A stretch of 17,644 nt of DNA from Ginkgo biloba (GCA_024626585.2 JANKJI020000002.1:116197033-116214676), one strand, 5' to 3'; positions 1 to 11,449 are shown, numbered from the stretch's first letter. Translations and numbers: made by a program. Notes: generated by a model not told the origin, from the sequence alone.

Positions 1-97
1 GATCTTACTTGATGTCTAGAATTATGTGTGACATACCTATGCATTTTGAGCTCACCTCTAAATTTTTCTGTAAGTCAGAGATGCCAATTGTGGATAC

Positions 98-406
98 GAA
101 AAAAATTATCAATTTGTGGCAAGAAAATTATGTTGACATGTTTCAACTTGCATTCAACACCTTCTATTAGTGATATCTCAAAATACTCGTGCATCAATGC
201 AACCCCAATAGAACAACATTGACATTTTGAAGGAATAAGACACTGAGAAACAACCTATCGATCTCTACCCACCTAAGCATTTAAACTTAACTACAAAGAT
301 TGTATCGATGAAATGCCTATTTGCAGTAGATTCAAACCTCAACCAATCTGGCAAACCCCGATAGCGAAATGAGGGGGAAAAGACTGGATATTCTTCTAAG
401 GGTAAC
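98..406 (+). pseudogene. Very degenerate Ty3/Gypsy pol relic, region just upstream of and at the start of RT
   Basis: Manual translation across frameshifts gives KKIINLWQENYVDMF, then ..HIDILKE.., LNYKDCIDEM and ..IWQTPI. These resemble, in the expected order, the Gypsy motifs 'KIxxLLxEYxDVF...HxI...MNPNYxxxVKxEIDKML...WxSPI'. Similarity is weak and the segment is cut by a gap. Confidence 0.3.
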
Positions 407-510
407 NNNNNNNNNNNNNNNNNNNNNNNNNNNNNNNNNNNNNNNNNNNNNNNNNNNNNNNNNNNNNNNNNNNNNNNNNNNNNCTTATATCGTGGTCAAA
501 GAGCCAAAGG

Positions 511-710
511 ATGACATGGCAGCCTTGGCAATGATGTGGTAGTCTTCATGATGATGTGGCAGCGTTGAAGATGACGTGGAAACATTAAGGATGACATGGC
601 AACAACATTTAAGGTAGTCAAACAACATTTAAGATGGTCAAAACAATAGTCAAGGCGGTCAAAACAGTAGTCAAGGAGGTCAAAATAGTAGTCAAATCGA
701 TCAAAAACCC
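511..710 (+). repeat. Degenerate minisatellite: 20-bp units followed by 21-bp units, probably inside an LTR
   Basis: ATGAYRTGG-headed units start at 511, 531, 551, 571 and 591 (exact 20-bp period). AACAACATTTAAG occurs at 601 and 621. GGTCAAAAYARTAGTCAA-type units start at 636, 657 and 678, with a partial unit at 699 (21-bp period). Confidence 0.8.
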
Positions 711-1106
711 TAAGGACAATCGCCATTATGAAGTACAATCGCATNNNNNNNNNNNNNNNNNNNNNNNNNNNNNNNNNNNNNNNACTCATTATGATGTCAA
801 CTAACCCTGGATGGCATTAGTCGACCTTGGAAAATGTATCAACAGTCATAAAAATGTGGGTTTAAACCTAATCAACGCAGAGTTAATGAGGGCAGTAAAT
901 TTTTGGTACGATTTGATGACGTCAGCTAACATTAATGAGCATTCATGACACAACTTTGACTGATCAACGCAATCAATCGACCTTGAAATGCAGAAAGATG
1001 ACATCANNNNNNNNNNNNNNNNNNNNNNNNNNNNNNNNNNNNNNNNNNNNNNNNNNNNNNNNNNNNNNNNNNNNNNNNNNNNNNNNNNNNNNNNNNNNNN
1101 NNNNNN

Positions 1107-2331
1107 ATATCTATCAACTAATGAAATGTCATTGGGGCTAGACAAGGTACAAAGGAAGAGTCACGCCCATAGAGCATTACCTTGTCAACTCATTAGGGGC
1201 TCTTAATACTATCTGGGACTTAACCACATCTTATAGTGATGTGTTATACCTCACGATGTCTCAAAAGTGGTATGACAAACCAATGAAGGACCTATAGAAG
1301 GGCATATTGCTAGCAAGTAACAACGAAACAACAAGAAAGATCTTACACACAAGGTTGTGGTGGCATATACTATTTGAAGATCCCAAGCAATGGACTAAGA
1401 AGTGAAATGTGTGCCAAAGGGTGGGGAAACGCAACACGAAAAAATTAAAATGCATCTACCACTTCACCTGATTCCATCCACTGTCCCATTCAAGCATTGG
1501 AGAGTAGATTTCCACGAACCCATAATCCTCTCACAAGATGAACACAAGCTCACTACATTTTGTTTGCCATGGATTTTTTTACGAAATGGTGTGAAGCTCA
1601 TCTCGTGCGCCAAGGAGATGCTAGAACTATGACACAATTCCTTTACAAGATGATAGTTACACGTTTCAGTTGTCCACTCCAATTAACTAGTGATCAAGGA
1701 GGTGGATTCATCAAAGAAGTGGTGGATTTGATAAAAGAAATTATAGCTCACTACAAATCCATATCGTATTCTCTACAATGTTACAGGCAAGTAACGAGTT
1801 TGAATAAAATTTTGGAGGTTGCCTTGTAAAAATTTGTGATGTCAATTGTGCTTACTAGGCCAAAAGGATCCATTCCATCTTGCTTGAATTTCATATGACA
1901 GAGAAATGAACAACAAGAGAAACACCATTTTAGTTGGTGTATGGATTAGAAGTTGTTATTCATGATAGAGGTCAAAGCGTCCAATTTACATGTCACTCAG
2001 GAATATCATCTAGTGGACAAGGAATCTATAACCTAGAGATTACAATAGTTATTATATTTCAAAGAGCGATGTTCCCTTACATTGTGGACATTAGAGTTTG
2101 AAGGGAAGCAACAGAAGAAGCATAATCGCAACATTAACCTTCCAAGAAAGCAATAAGGTGTTGTTATACGACAACAAGTTCTGCACCAAGCTAGATAAAA
2201 TAAAAATGCAGTGGCATGGACCGTATGTTATCTAACGTCTATACAAGAATGGATCAGTTCAATTACAAATTGATGGCATAAACTTAACAAAATTGATAAA
2301 TGGAAGTCATACCGAGCCATATCAAGGCTAA
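1107..2331 (+). pseudogene. Degenerate Ty3/Gypsy (non-chromovirus-like) pol 3' part: RNase H-integrase linker, HHCC zinc domain, rve core and GPY/F C-terminus
   Basis: Frameshifted translation: YLSTNEMSLGLDKVQRK..RALPCQLIRGS*YYLG..CVIPH..NEGPIEGH..TTRKILHTRLWW..K*NVCQRVG; PFKHWRVDFHEPI; AMDFFTKWCEA..FLYKMIVTRFSCPLQLTSDQG; NKILEVAL*K..ETPF*LVYGLEVV; VLLYDNKF..KIKMQWHGPYVI*RLYKNGSVQL..INGSH, with a stop at 2329-2331. It has many stops and frameshifts, the catalytic E appears lost, and no chromodomain follows GPY. Confidence 0.92.
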
Positions 2332-2551
2332 GTGCTCTCGCCATACATAAATTGCACCATAGACATGCTACAATAGTGGTAATTATAAAGACAAAATCCA
2401 TACAAACTTAATTAATAGATATAAAAATGAGAAAACCAAGAAAACAAATGATCACCTTCTAGTTTATCATCTCGTGATTATTGACTATCCCCCACTACAA
2501 GGTAAGTGCCAACTTGACGACAATTTGATCAAGGGTGAAGCAACATCCTTC

Positions 2552-2571
2552 AAAAAGGGTAGTAGAGAGAG
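2552..2571 (+). promoter_or_regulatory. Candidate polypurine tract (PPT) of the Gypsy element
   Basis: AAAAAGGGTAGTAGAGAGAG lies about 220 bp after the integrase stop and is immediately followed by TG at 2572. Confidence 0.45.
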
Positions 2572-3356
2572 TGCATGACCAAGGGAAATCAAGAGTTGTT
2601 ACAACTCAGACTTTTGCAAATTTGGCTTAGAAAAGTGGATCAAGGAGAGCCTTGAGGGACACTATTAAACCCAAGCTTAATGATAGGGCCTGATTACATA
2701 TTGCACATGTTGGTTAAACCCATGTAGAGGTACTTAGGACAGAGAAAATTAATTATGAAGAGAGGATCAAGAGAGCATTTTAGCCAAGGGCACCTCTCTT
2801 CAAGGAGTAATTAGAGAGCATGTCGTGCCACAGAAGGCTTTCTAGGGTTTGGAGCAACCCTAGGAGTGAGCCTAACTCTATGTGGGGGATCATTTCCCTC
2901 TTTTCAGTATTTAAGAAGGGTTTATGAGGGCTTCATAAAACCCTTAGCATCATCAATTATCATCTTCTAGACCTTGCATTAAGTGCATTCTCAGTACAAG
3001 GGATTTTTTCTATGTTCTGGCTATTACTCTGTTCTAGTAGAAGTCGTTGTTCTTGGGCTTTTGTTGTTTTTTACTTAGACGTGGACATTTTGTTCCATTT
3101 ATGGTGACTCGTTGAGTGTTTTCTTGGAGCAAAAGTACCCTATTTTCTTCTACAAAGGAAGGCGCCCCTTTTAGAAGGGTTTCCAAGGCTTGTAGAGCAT
3201 CTGGAAGGCCCAACAAAACTATAGAAGGAAGTTGCAGGTTTTCTAGAGATGACAAAATGATTCTGGATGATGCATGCACAATAAGTTTAGTTAAAAACTG
3301 CGACTACACATTAAGTTTGTATACAAACTATCACTGCACCTAATTCTTTGCCTGCA
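2572..3356 (+). mobile_element. Putative 3' LTR of the upstream Gypsy element
   Basis: Starts TGCA after the purine tract and ends ..CCTGCA just before the gap. It is non-coding and contains a TATA-like TATTTAA (~2908) and TAGGGTTT. No second LTR copy is present in the window to confirm it. Confidence 0.4.
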
Positions 3357-3528
3357 TNNNNNNNNNNNNNNNNNNNNNNNNNNNNNNNNNNNNNNNNNNN
3401 NNNNNNNNNNNNNNNNNNNNNNNNNNNNNNNNNNNNNNNNNNNNNNNNNNNNNNNNNNNNNNNNNNNNNNNNNNNNNNNNNNNNNNNNNNNGCAATTTGG
3501 CCTTACTATACTACATTAATATATGTTA

Positions 3529-4349
3529 TGTAATGTCACTACATATTGATAGAAAAGTGTGAAATTTGAATTTTGCTTATTTATGTATGAATATGGGTCT
3601 ATTTACCCTAGGAATGTAGATTTACATTATTTGTCGTAGGATGCCCTTAATCAAGGGGCTATTTTGCATTATTTATGGTTATTTTTATATATGCATGCAC
3701 ATTAAGATTTGGTACATTTATTGTCTTCCCATGATGTTCAGATTCAAACCCTTATGCCTTATCTCAATTGTGGTTGTCCTAACAAGGAATCCATTGAGGG
3801 GATTTGTAGGCACATGTTTGGCGATACCAGTTGCATTGGATGCATTTTGTCCTGCTTGAGATCGTACAAGCCATAGTCCATAGTGAGCACTTTTTTTACT
3901 TGGAGTCATAAGGCTAGGACCTTGAAAATTCTCGAAAGATGTTTTGATGCTATGAGGTGTGTTAGCACTCATGGTGGGTCAGACATCTACTTGAAATAGA
4001 CCTACACCTAGAACTCTTATTTGTATGAGTTAAGGGGTGGAATGAAGTGGAGAGTCATAGCCATTTGGTGTTGATGGTGTGTACTTTGTTTCCACTAGAG
4101 GTTTGGTTGTTAGCGAAAAAGTCCCTTTTAGGCAATCCCTAATGGACAACAGTGGATGTTAATCGAAGTTGTCTAGTCTACCCTTTCCCTAATGGTCTAA
4201 CCTTTTAAGCTTGTCATGTAGTTATACTTGTTTTTACATTATTAATTAGTGTAAATGAATATTTCTTATGTATTTGTACTCTGATGATTTATTTATCTTG
4301 CATCTTTTAATATTGTTAGCATATAGGTTTAAGAGGCAAGACTACTATA
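3529..4349 (+). mobile_element. LTR-like repeat, copy 1 (possible solo LTR, ~820 bp)
   Basis: Begins TGTAATGTC and ends GTTTAAGAGGCAAGACTACTATA. Copy 3 ends GTTTAAGAGGCAGGACTATTACA, consistent with TGTAAT...ATTACA termini. It aligns co-linearly with 4350-5131, 6469-6766 and 16030-16250. Confidence 0.65.
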
Positions 4350-5131
4350 GTAGAGTGATCTTAGTCAAAGAGTTATTTAGTACTGTTTGTGGCTAAAATT
4401 GGATTCATTAGACACTTAGGATTTGGTGTATTTATTGCTTTCCCCTATTTTTAAGTTCAAAACCCTAGTGCCCAACGTACGTGACGACTTGTCCTAGTAT
4501 GTAATCCATTGAGGGTATTAGTAGTGCATAGATTTACCTGTGCCATTATATTTATTTCATTTTGTCTGGATTAAGACTATACAATCCATAGCTCTTGTGA
4601 GCATTTATGGGTTTAACCATCGGTGATTGATAGTGAAGGTACGGCTAGCATGCTGAGAACTATTGAAGATGCTCTAGTGTTGTTAGGTGTGATAATACTC
4701 ACAATGGGTTGTACATCTGCATTGACCTGCATGGTTATTGTGTGCATGTATTCTATCAATCAAGGGTGGACATCTCATTTGGGAGACGGTCCTTGTGCTA
4801 AAGGGAGGTTGAAAATGGACCTATGCCTCACACTCTTATTTGGCTGAGTTAAGGGGTGGAATCAAGCAAAGCAATCATAGACACTTGGTGCTAATTGTGT
4901 ATACTGTGTTGCCACCAAAGGTTTGGTTGTGGTTGTTTTAGGCAACCTTCCTTGGCCAACAGTGGGTACTATCCTGAATTGCCAAGTCTACCCTTGCCCC
5001 TAGTAGTCTAACCTTTCAAGCCTGCCATGTTGTACTTGCTTGATATAAATGAATGTTTCTTATGCATTAGTAATCTAATGATTATCTATGTTGCAGATCT
5101 TAATAGAGTTGGCATGTAGGTTGAAGAGGTA
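4350..5131 (+). mobile_element. LTR-like repeat, copy 2 (lacks the first ~105 bp, directly abuts copy 1)
   Basis: Co-linear matches to copy 1: CTTAGTCAAAGAGTTATTT vs CTTAATCAAGGGGCTATTT; AATCCATTGAGGG; GAGTTAAGGGGTGGAAT (4846 vs 4027); AGGTTTGGTTGT; GTCTACCCTT; TAGGTTGAAGAGG. It carries an extra ~90 bp segment that is shared with copy 4. Confidence 0.7.
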
Positions 5132-5150
5132 NNNNNNNNNNNNNNNNNNN

Positions 5151-6368
5151 TCTCAGAGGTGGATTGCTCAATATGCTCATTTTGAGTATGTCTCATTTCG
5201 TTGTCTTTTGTACACTAGAAGTTTTCTTGATAGGGTTCTTGCTTTTTGAATTTTAGTTGGCGATTTCAAAACATAATTTTCATATCTTAACGTCCTTTGG
5301 TATAAGGTTTTCCAACAATTTTTGTTATATTCCTAAATAGGATGAGGAGCATGTCTCGGAGGAAAGTCATCATACTACCAATCTGTCTAGTGAGGGTTTG
5401 GTTGATCAACATACATCTGCTTTTCAAATGTCAGATCCAAGTGGTGAACTTGTTCATAACTTTTCAAAGGATGTAGCTCGATTTTGTGTTAATATGGCAG
5501 TAACACCCATCTGTGAAATACTTTATCATGTGTAGAGGTGTGATTGCATTTTAGTCGTCTTGTTTGGAGGCAAGAATTTGTAGTTGTTTATCATAATCTC
5601 TGATTGTTTCACCATATTGTTGCTTGATTTCTTGCAAGGCTATAATGATGGACGCTAGGTCATGTAATGTTTGAAATTTGTCTAAGAAAAGCTCTTGACC
5701 CATGAATGATGGCATACAAACTGGAACCATTATAAAGGAGGAACTCGAAGGGTTAAAAAGTATCAACTTAATATTCCTCCTCATTGGTTAGGTGTTGAAG
5801 GGCTATGCTGTTAAGGAATGAAGCCAAATGATTAGAGGGGTTGTCATGGCCATCAAAGATTAGAATTGATAGCGAATTATCTATTTGAATAATGACAGGT
5901 GGTACTCCTCCATTCTAGCCTATTCTATAATTATTATTACTTTCAAAGTTATTGTTATCTCCATTATTCCTACCATTGCCATTATTATTATTATTGAAAC
6001 TTCCATCATCACCACTATTATGATTGTTGTTGTTGAAATTGTTCAATTTATAGTTACCACCAATACCAAATCCACTATTATTGTGACTTTTGCTGTTCAC
6101 GTTGCCAAAATTTGGCTATTATATCAAATGAAGCGGTTGGGTTATCTATTAATTGTAGATTGTTGTCCTCCAACTGTATTAGTAAAAACATTGAATGTGC
6201 TATTTTGACTTTCAAATGCATTGGTCAGACGGCTAGATGTATCGTTTGAACCGCCCAATGAATTATTTTGACTGTTGAATAGGTTATTATTATTGAAGTC
6301 GTAATTGAATCTATTTATTGGATTGACTTTGAAAGCATTATAGTTTTGTTTGAAGTTGTTTTTGCTGT
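5151..6368 (-). pseudogene. Degenerate Ty3/Gypsy gag: Asn-rich N-terminus, retrotransposon-gag core and CCHC knuckle relic
   Basis: Minus-strand translation in order: an Asn/Gly-rich tract (5915-6368); IFDGHDNPSNHLASF (~5820-5865); ELFLDKFQTLHDLASIIIALQEIKQQYGETIRDYDKQL (the gag 'L.xxKQxxGETVxDY' motif); ITPLHMIKYFTDG; and *CTKDNEMRHTQNEH (~5175-5215) with CX2CX4HX4C spacing. Confidence 0.8.
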
Positions 6369-6468
6369 NNNNNNNNNNNNNNNNNNNNNNNNNNNNNNNN
6401 NNNNNNNNNNNNNNNNNNNNNNNNNNNNNNNNNNNNNNNNNNNNNNNNNNNNNNNNNNNNNNNNNNNN

Positions 6469-6766
6469 AAGGATGCTGCTTGGTGTTGACAGTTAGCATT
6501 TATGCGTTGAAGGTTTGATTGGTAGTTAAGCCAACCCCTATAAGAGGTCCCTGACATCCAACAATGAATAATAGCACATGTTGCTTCCCTTAATGGTCTA
6601 GTCTTTTAAGCCTTGTATTTGTTTGTACTTGTAGTACTTGATAAATTAATGAAAATGTATATTTCTTTATGCATTGTTACNNNNNNNNNNNNNNNNNNNN
6701 NNNNNNNNNNNNNNNNNNNNNNNNCAATATCTTTACAATGCAAGTTTAAGAGGCAGGACTATTACA
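6469..6766 (+). mobile_element. LTR-like repeat, copy 3 (3' portion including the ...ATTACA terminus)
   Basis: CTTGGTGTTGAC..AGGTTTGATTGGTAGTTAA, TTCCCT-TAATGGTCTA..CTTTTAAGC and GTTTAAGAGGCAGGACTATTACA match copies 1, 2 and 4. No PBS follows. Confidence 0.7.
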
Positions 6767-8149
6767 AGAACTAGGGTATTGTTCATGGGAGGGGTAAGGG
6801 TTGATAACCAAAGATCCGTGTTGGATTCCTAAGCTCCCCACTACAAAGTTTAAACTTAAGTACCTTGCTTGAGTGAGGACACTCGAGACAATAGTGTCAG
6901 GCAAGATGTTAATAAGACAGTAGTGCCATGTGGCAGACAACCATTAGCAAACAGATTCCAACATCAAGGAAGAATTTGGAGATGATATTAGCATCTAAGC
7001 TACACTAAATATTCAACAAAACAATTATTACAAAAAACAAAGGTGCAAACCATCCATAATTGCAAGTACATCAACATTAATAAAGACCACATCTAGGGTA
7101 TGACTTCAACAAATGCATTTATAGATTGTATAACAAAATTTGAGGGCATTCTAGAGACTGTACAAATGCATTTATGAGGCAATCAAGTGGCATTTAATGC
7201 CTATCTTGTTTTTGACATAATGCATGACATCAACTAATGATGTGGCAAGACAACGAAAAAAGACATTAATGGCTAAAAAGGGCAAAGCATACGATGTGGA
7301 TGGGTGACACTAGCCTAACGTGGCAAAAATAGGTGCATTTAATGCAAACAATGGCGTCATACTATGGTGATATATTTGTCACAAAGATGTTGACTAATAC
7401 AATTAATTAGTGACAAGTACCAATTTTAAGTATGGATGCACTAGGATAGATCCCTAGTTGTGTCATTGCATGGCTTAGCAATAAGGAAAACTATATGATA
7501 ATAAAAATTTATCCATCTGATGTCACATGTGGTTGACCATTGTCAACAATAGGTGAGAGTTCAGAACAAAAATTAGTGCTTGAGGGTGAGGGCTTCTTGA
7601 TTTCTCAATTGTTAGTCAATGCATATGTGAGATTGTGCCAACATCATGTGTAATTTTTCAATGTTTTATGCATGATGTATGGAATCTATATGTAGTATAT
7701 ATGTGTAGAATCTTGATGTATGAACCTAGTCCCTAACTATAGATCTAGACTTGGTAAACCTAGTGAGGTCCACAAATAGCAAACAATCCCCTGCAATTTT
7801 AGGGTAGCACCTTAGAGTGGGGTTTCAAAAGAGCGCCAAGGACGATCCAATGATTCCTTTTAAGTGTAAAGTGCCTTGCTCCACAATAGGACACATGCAC
7901 ACTGAGTCCCAACAAGACCCCATCAACCGAATGAATGGATTTCCAAGTGCTACCCTAGGGTATCTCCTAGGACCACCATCCAAAATACCTTTTCCATCCA
8001 TACATCTTTAAACCCAAATTGGCTACATAATGGCCACTATCCATATATTNNNNNNNNNNNNNNNNNNNNNNNNNNNNNNNNNNNNNNNNNNNNNNNNNNN
8101 NNNNNNNNNNNNNNNNNNNNNNNNNNNNNNNNNNNNNNNNNNNNNNNNN

Positions 8150-8790
8150 ATTGAGGTAGCCATGAACAAAATAGAAGGGGTAAAAAACTCTAGGCCTAGA
8201 TGGATTTCTAGTAGAATTCTATAGGAGCCTTGCTAAGGATAGAATAATTTCATTATTACAAGAGGTATGTTAAGAAAATTTAGTAAAAAAGAATCCCTAC
8301 ACCTCACTATCAATTCCATAATAATCACTTTTGTTCTTAAAAGAACAAAACCATCAACCTTAAAATATTAACGACCTATCAACTTATGGAATATCTTTTA
8401 AAAAATAATTATAGATGTCATCATATGGAGATTGAAACCTTTCAAGAAAGATTGGTCAAGGATGCTCAATTAGCCTTCATTAAAGATAGGAAAATAGATG
8501 ACAACATCATAGTTGTAATAGAATTAATCCACATAACCATAATAAAGAAGATACCTTTAATGATCCTCAAGTAATGTAAGGATTATGATATAGTTAAGTG
8601 GGATTACATTTTAGCTATGCCAAAACGTAAAGCCTTCTCTTAGTTAAATGTAAGGTGAATCAAAACCCTCTTAAAAATAACCAATTTAAGTGAGGAAATA
8701 AATGAAATACTATCACAAATGATCTATACATCTATAGGAATGATGCAAGGATGCCCCTTTTCTCTTATCCTTTTTTTTGTTGTTGCAAAA
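8150..8790 (+). pseudogene. Degenerate non-LTR (L1-type LINE) ORF2 reverse transcriptase fragment, N-terminal RT subdomains
   Basis: KTLGLDGFLVEFY (KAPGPDGF); ITFVLK..Y*RPINLWNIF*KII..WRLKP (RPISLCN.YKII); QLAFIKDRKIDDNII..ELIH; ILK*CKDYDIVKWDYI (KLD..KAYD.V.W); GMMQGCPFSLILF (GLRQGCPLSP.LF). It ends before the YADD motif. Confidence 0.9.
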
Positions 8791-10963
8791 TATATATTCT
8801 TCTATTCATAAAATGGGAAGGATTGCATCAATATACAATAAAATTGGGCAGCATAAATAAAAAGGCATGCCCTCTCCTGATATGGAAGGCATCATCAAAA
8901 CTAATGCAAGAGCATAGTGACATGGCTAGAAATATCACAACAATCCTAGAGGAAATCTTGAAAAAGTAACCCAAAGGACATTTTGATAAGGCTGAACTCT
9001 TTGAAGTACTCAAACTAAAACTTCCATGTATCTATGTTGTTCTTTGTGTCTATTAATCCTCCCATTAAATGATGTCAAAATCAGACTTTTAAAGGAGTGG
9101 AAACTCAATGTGACAACATTAACATCACGAGTTTGCTCTTTTCATTTATTGATCATACCAAAAGAAGCTCGAGAGATTGTTTTCCAATACAAAAGTCATC
9201 AAAGTTGGTTTTAAAAAATCAACTACGCTTCCTAGATCTCCACATTGTCCCAAAAATTGATGCCAAAAAAACTAGGATAGAAACAATCTTATGAAAAAAC
9301 AATAATCATATGAAAATTTGGAACACTCGTATTGAACGAGACTTGTATATGCAATGTAGAAGCTTAAATTCAACAAAAAACAAAACAACACAAAGTGCTC
9401 ATATACACAAAATCGGAATGCTTTTTCCATATTCTATATTTTTACAATTACAAGGTTGTTTAAAATAGCTTGTCAATTACATTTACTAACTAGTCATGTT
9501 ACAAAGTTCTAATGGTTCCACATTTTTTTATAAAGCTTTAGCCATATTATGGAGTAAATGGCTATCCAACCTTTTCGAAGAGCTTTTAGGCTACACTCAT
9601 AAGTGTGCCACTTTGTGGCCCATGCCACTTATAGAGCTTTTGGCAGAGACTAAGATGCAAACCTTTTCCTGGGCTTTGTTTAACTTCTCTTTGTCAGCTC
9701 ACAGTATAACTTTCTCCTCTATGTCCAATCTCCTCTAAGTTAAACCCCTTTCTAAACAAAGCTTTCTTTAGCTTTAACACACTAGGTTCATTGCAATTGT
9801 CAATACAATTGTCTCATTGCATTAAAAATCCAAGAGCAGTAATGATTTTTCCCTTCCAGTTTTCGTCTTTAATCTTGTTGGCATGAAGTCCTACATCGTG
9901 TCAAGTTGATGTGGGATCCTGCTAAAGCGTTTAATAGAGCTTTCCATGTTGCTAATGTTGGGCTCAAGTATGGCTTGATGGCTTTTGTCATGTCAATTTT
10001 CACCTCGACATTAAAGAGCACACTTCTAATGTTGGCAAGTTTTAGCTAAATTGTCCATCCTATTTGGAGCATGCCTTCATCAATCCATTGTGTGACCTTG
10101 ACTGCTAAACAAGGGTTCTACAATATACAAGATAACTAGTACCAGATGTAGCTTGGAAATGGACAATTCAAACAAAGTCAAGCTCTCACTTCTATTTGCT
10201 AGCTTTCTTTGTTGAACTTGAAAGTCACCTTGATATCTTTGTTAGGCTCAAATTTGGACCTCAATACTAAGTTTAACTCCAACGCATTTGGTTGGTTTGA
10301 CTTTGGTCTAGACCATTAAAGCAACTTTGTTAAATTCAAGCCTGTTGAGTGTGAATCCCCAAACCTACACCAACATTGAGCTTGTGGAACTACAAAATAA
10401 ATCACAAAAAGCAATAAGACATACGGAGTGGGCAACAACAAGAGATTCTCATCGATACATAGGACGATTATAGAAGGGGATCATCTAAAGATCAAAACAA
10501 TGGGTACAATAATGATTAAGCCAATGAAAAGTGATTGGGGACCCTTCATACCTAAAAGGAAACCTCATACAAGGTAGTGGGTGGTCGTGGGCGATGGTTG
10601 ATGTATAGAACCCCGACAACTATCCCCAATAAGAAATACAAACTAAATAAACAATCCCATCCATTGTNNNNNNNNNNNNNNNNNNNNNNNNNNNNNNNNN
10701 NNNNNNNNNNNNNNNNNNNNNNNNNNNNNNNNNNNNNNNNNNNNNNNNNNNNNNNNNNNNNNNNNNNCATGGCCATGGATTTAAGACCTATCAAATCTAA
10801 TTACTAAGGCGAAGTGCGAATTAAACGCCCCTCGCTCAAAGGATTTCCCCTCCCTTTGAAGCAGAGCATTTTCATACAGAGCTCTTCTCTATAGTATGGT
10901 TGCAAGTCTAGATGACAAAATTACTCATCCAACAACGGCTAAATCAAGCATAATTTTGTGTAG

Positions 10964-11350
10964 ATGACAATAGCTGGCATATCTCAACCAAGTACCTTAA
11001 AAATTCAAGGTTATATTAAAGAAGTTAGGGTGATCATCCTTACTGATAGTGGCGCTACCCATAATTTTATCGACAAACATTTAGCACAATGGCTAAATCA
11101 ACTTATATATCCAACAACGCAATTTCATGTTATGGCAACTAATGCAGGATCTATCTCGTGTGGAGGAAAATGCCATCAAAACAACTTACCAATGGGAGAT
11201 TTCAGACTTCAAACTCCCATGTATGTGATGACATTGAGAGGAGTGGATGTAATCCTCAGAGCACAATGACTGGAAACCTTAGGGAAGTTTCAGATGAACG
11301 TAAAGAAAAATTTCTTCAAATTTTATGAGGAAGGAAACTTATACAAACTT
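10964..11350 (+). pseudogene. Ty3/Gypsy (chromovirus-like) retropepsin aspartic protease domain
   Basis: AGISQPSTLKIQGYIKEVRVIILTDSGATHNFID (catalytic DSG at 11045) ... GVDVILRAQ*LETLG. The TGA sits at the conserved Trp, and the frame continues to ..FFKFYEEGNLYKL. Confidence 0.9.
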
Positions 11351-11449
11351 AATCATCTTACATCACCACTCAACTAGTAACAACACGGAATGGAATAATT
11401 AAATAGCATAATATGTTCAGAAAGTCCTACACGATGTTTCACTATAGAA

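Noticed and set aside
511-710. CRISPR-like appearance of the short periodic repeats (also 14341-14497)
   Set aside because: The units are contiguous degenerate tandem repeats without unique spacers, there are no cas genes, and the context is eukaryotic retroelement DNA.
496-789. Minus-strand ORF with FDRLDYC heptad repeats
   Set aside because: It is a by-product of the 21-bp tandem repeat, its start lies across a gap, and there is no other coding evidence.
5885-6208. Hydrophobic Ile-rich 107-aa ORF resembling a membrane protein
   Set aside because: It is the antisense reading of the AAT/AAC-rich gag N-terminal tract.
7740-8049. Possible inverted fifth copy of the LTR-like repeat
   Set aside because: Only short matches (CTAGGGTATCTCCTA, GATTCC..AGTGCC) are visible, which is not enough without an alignment.
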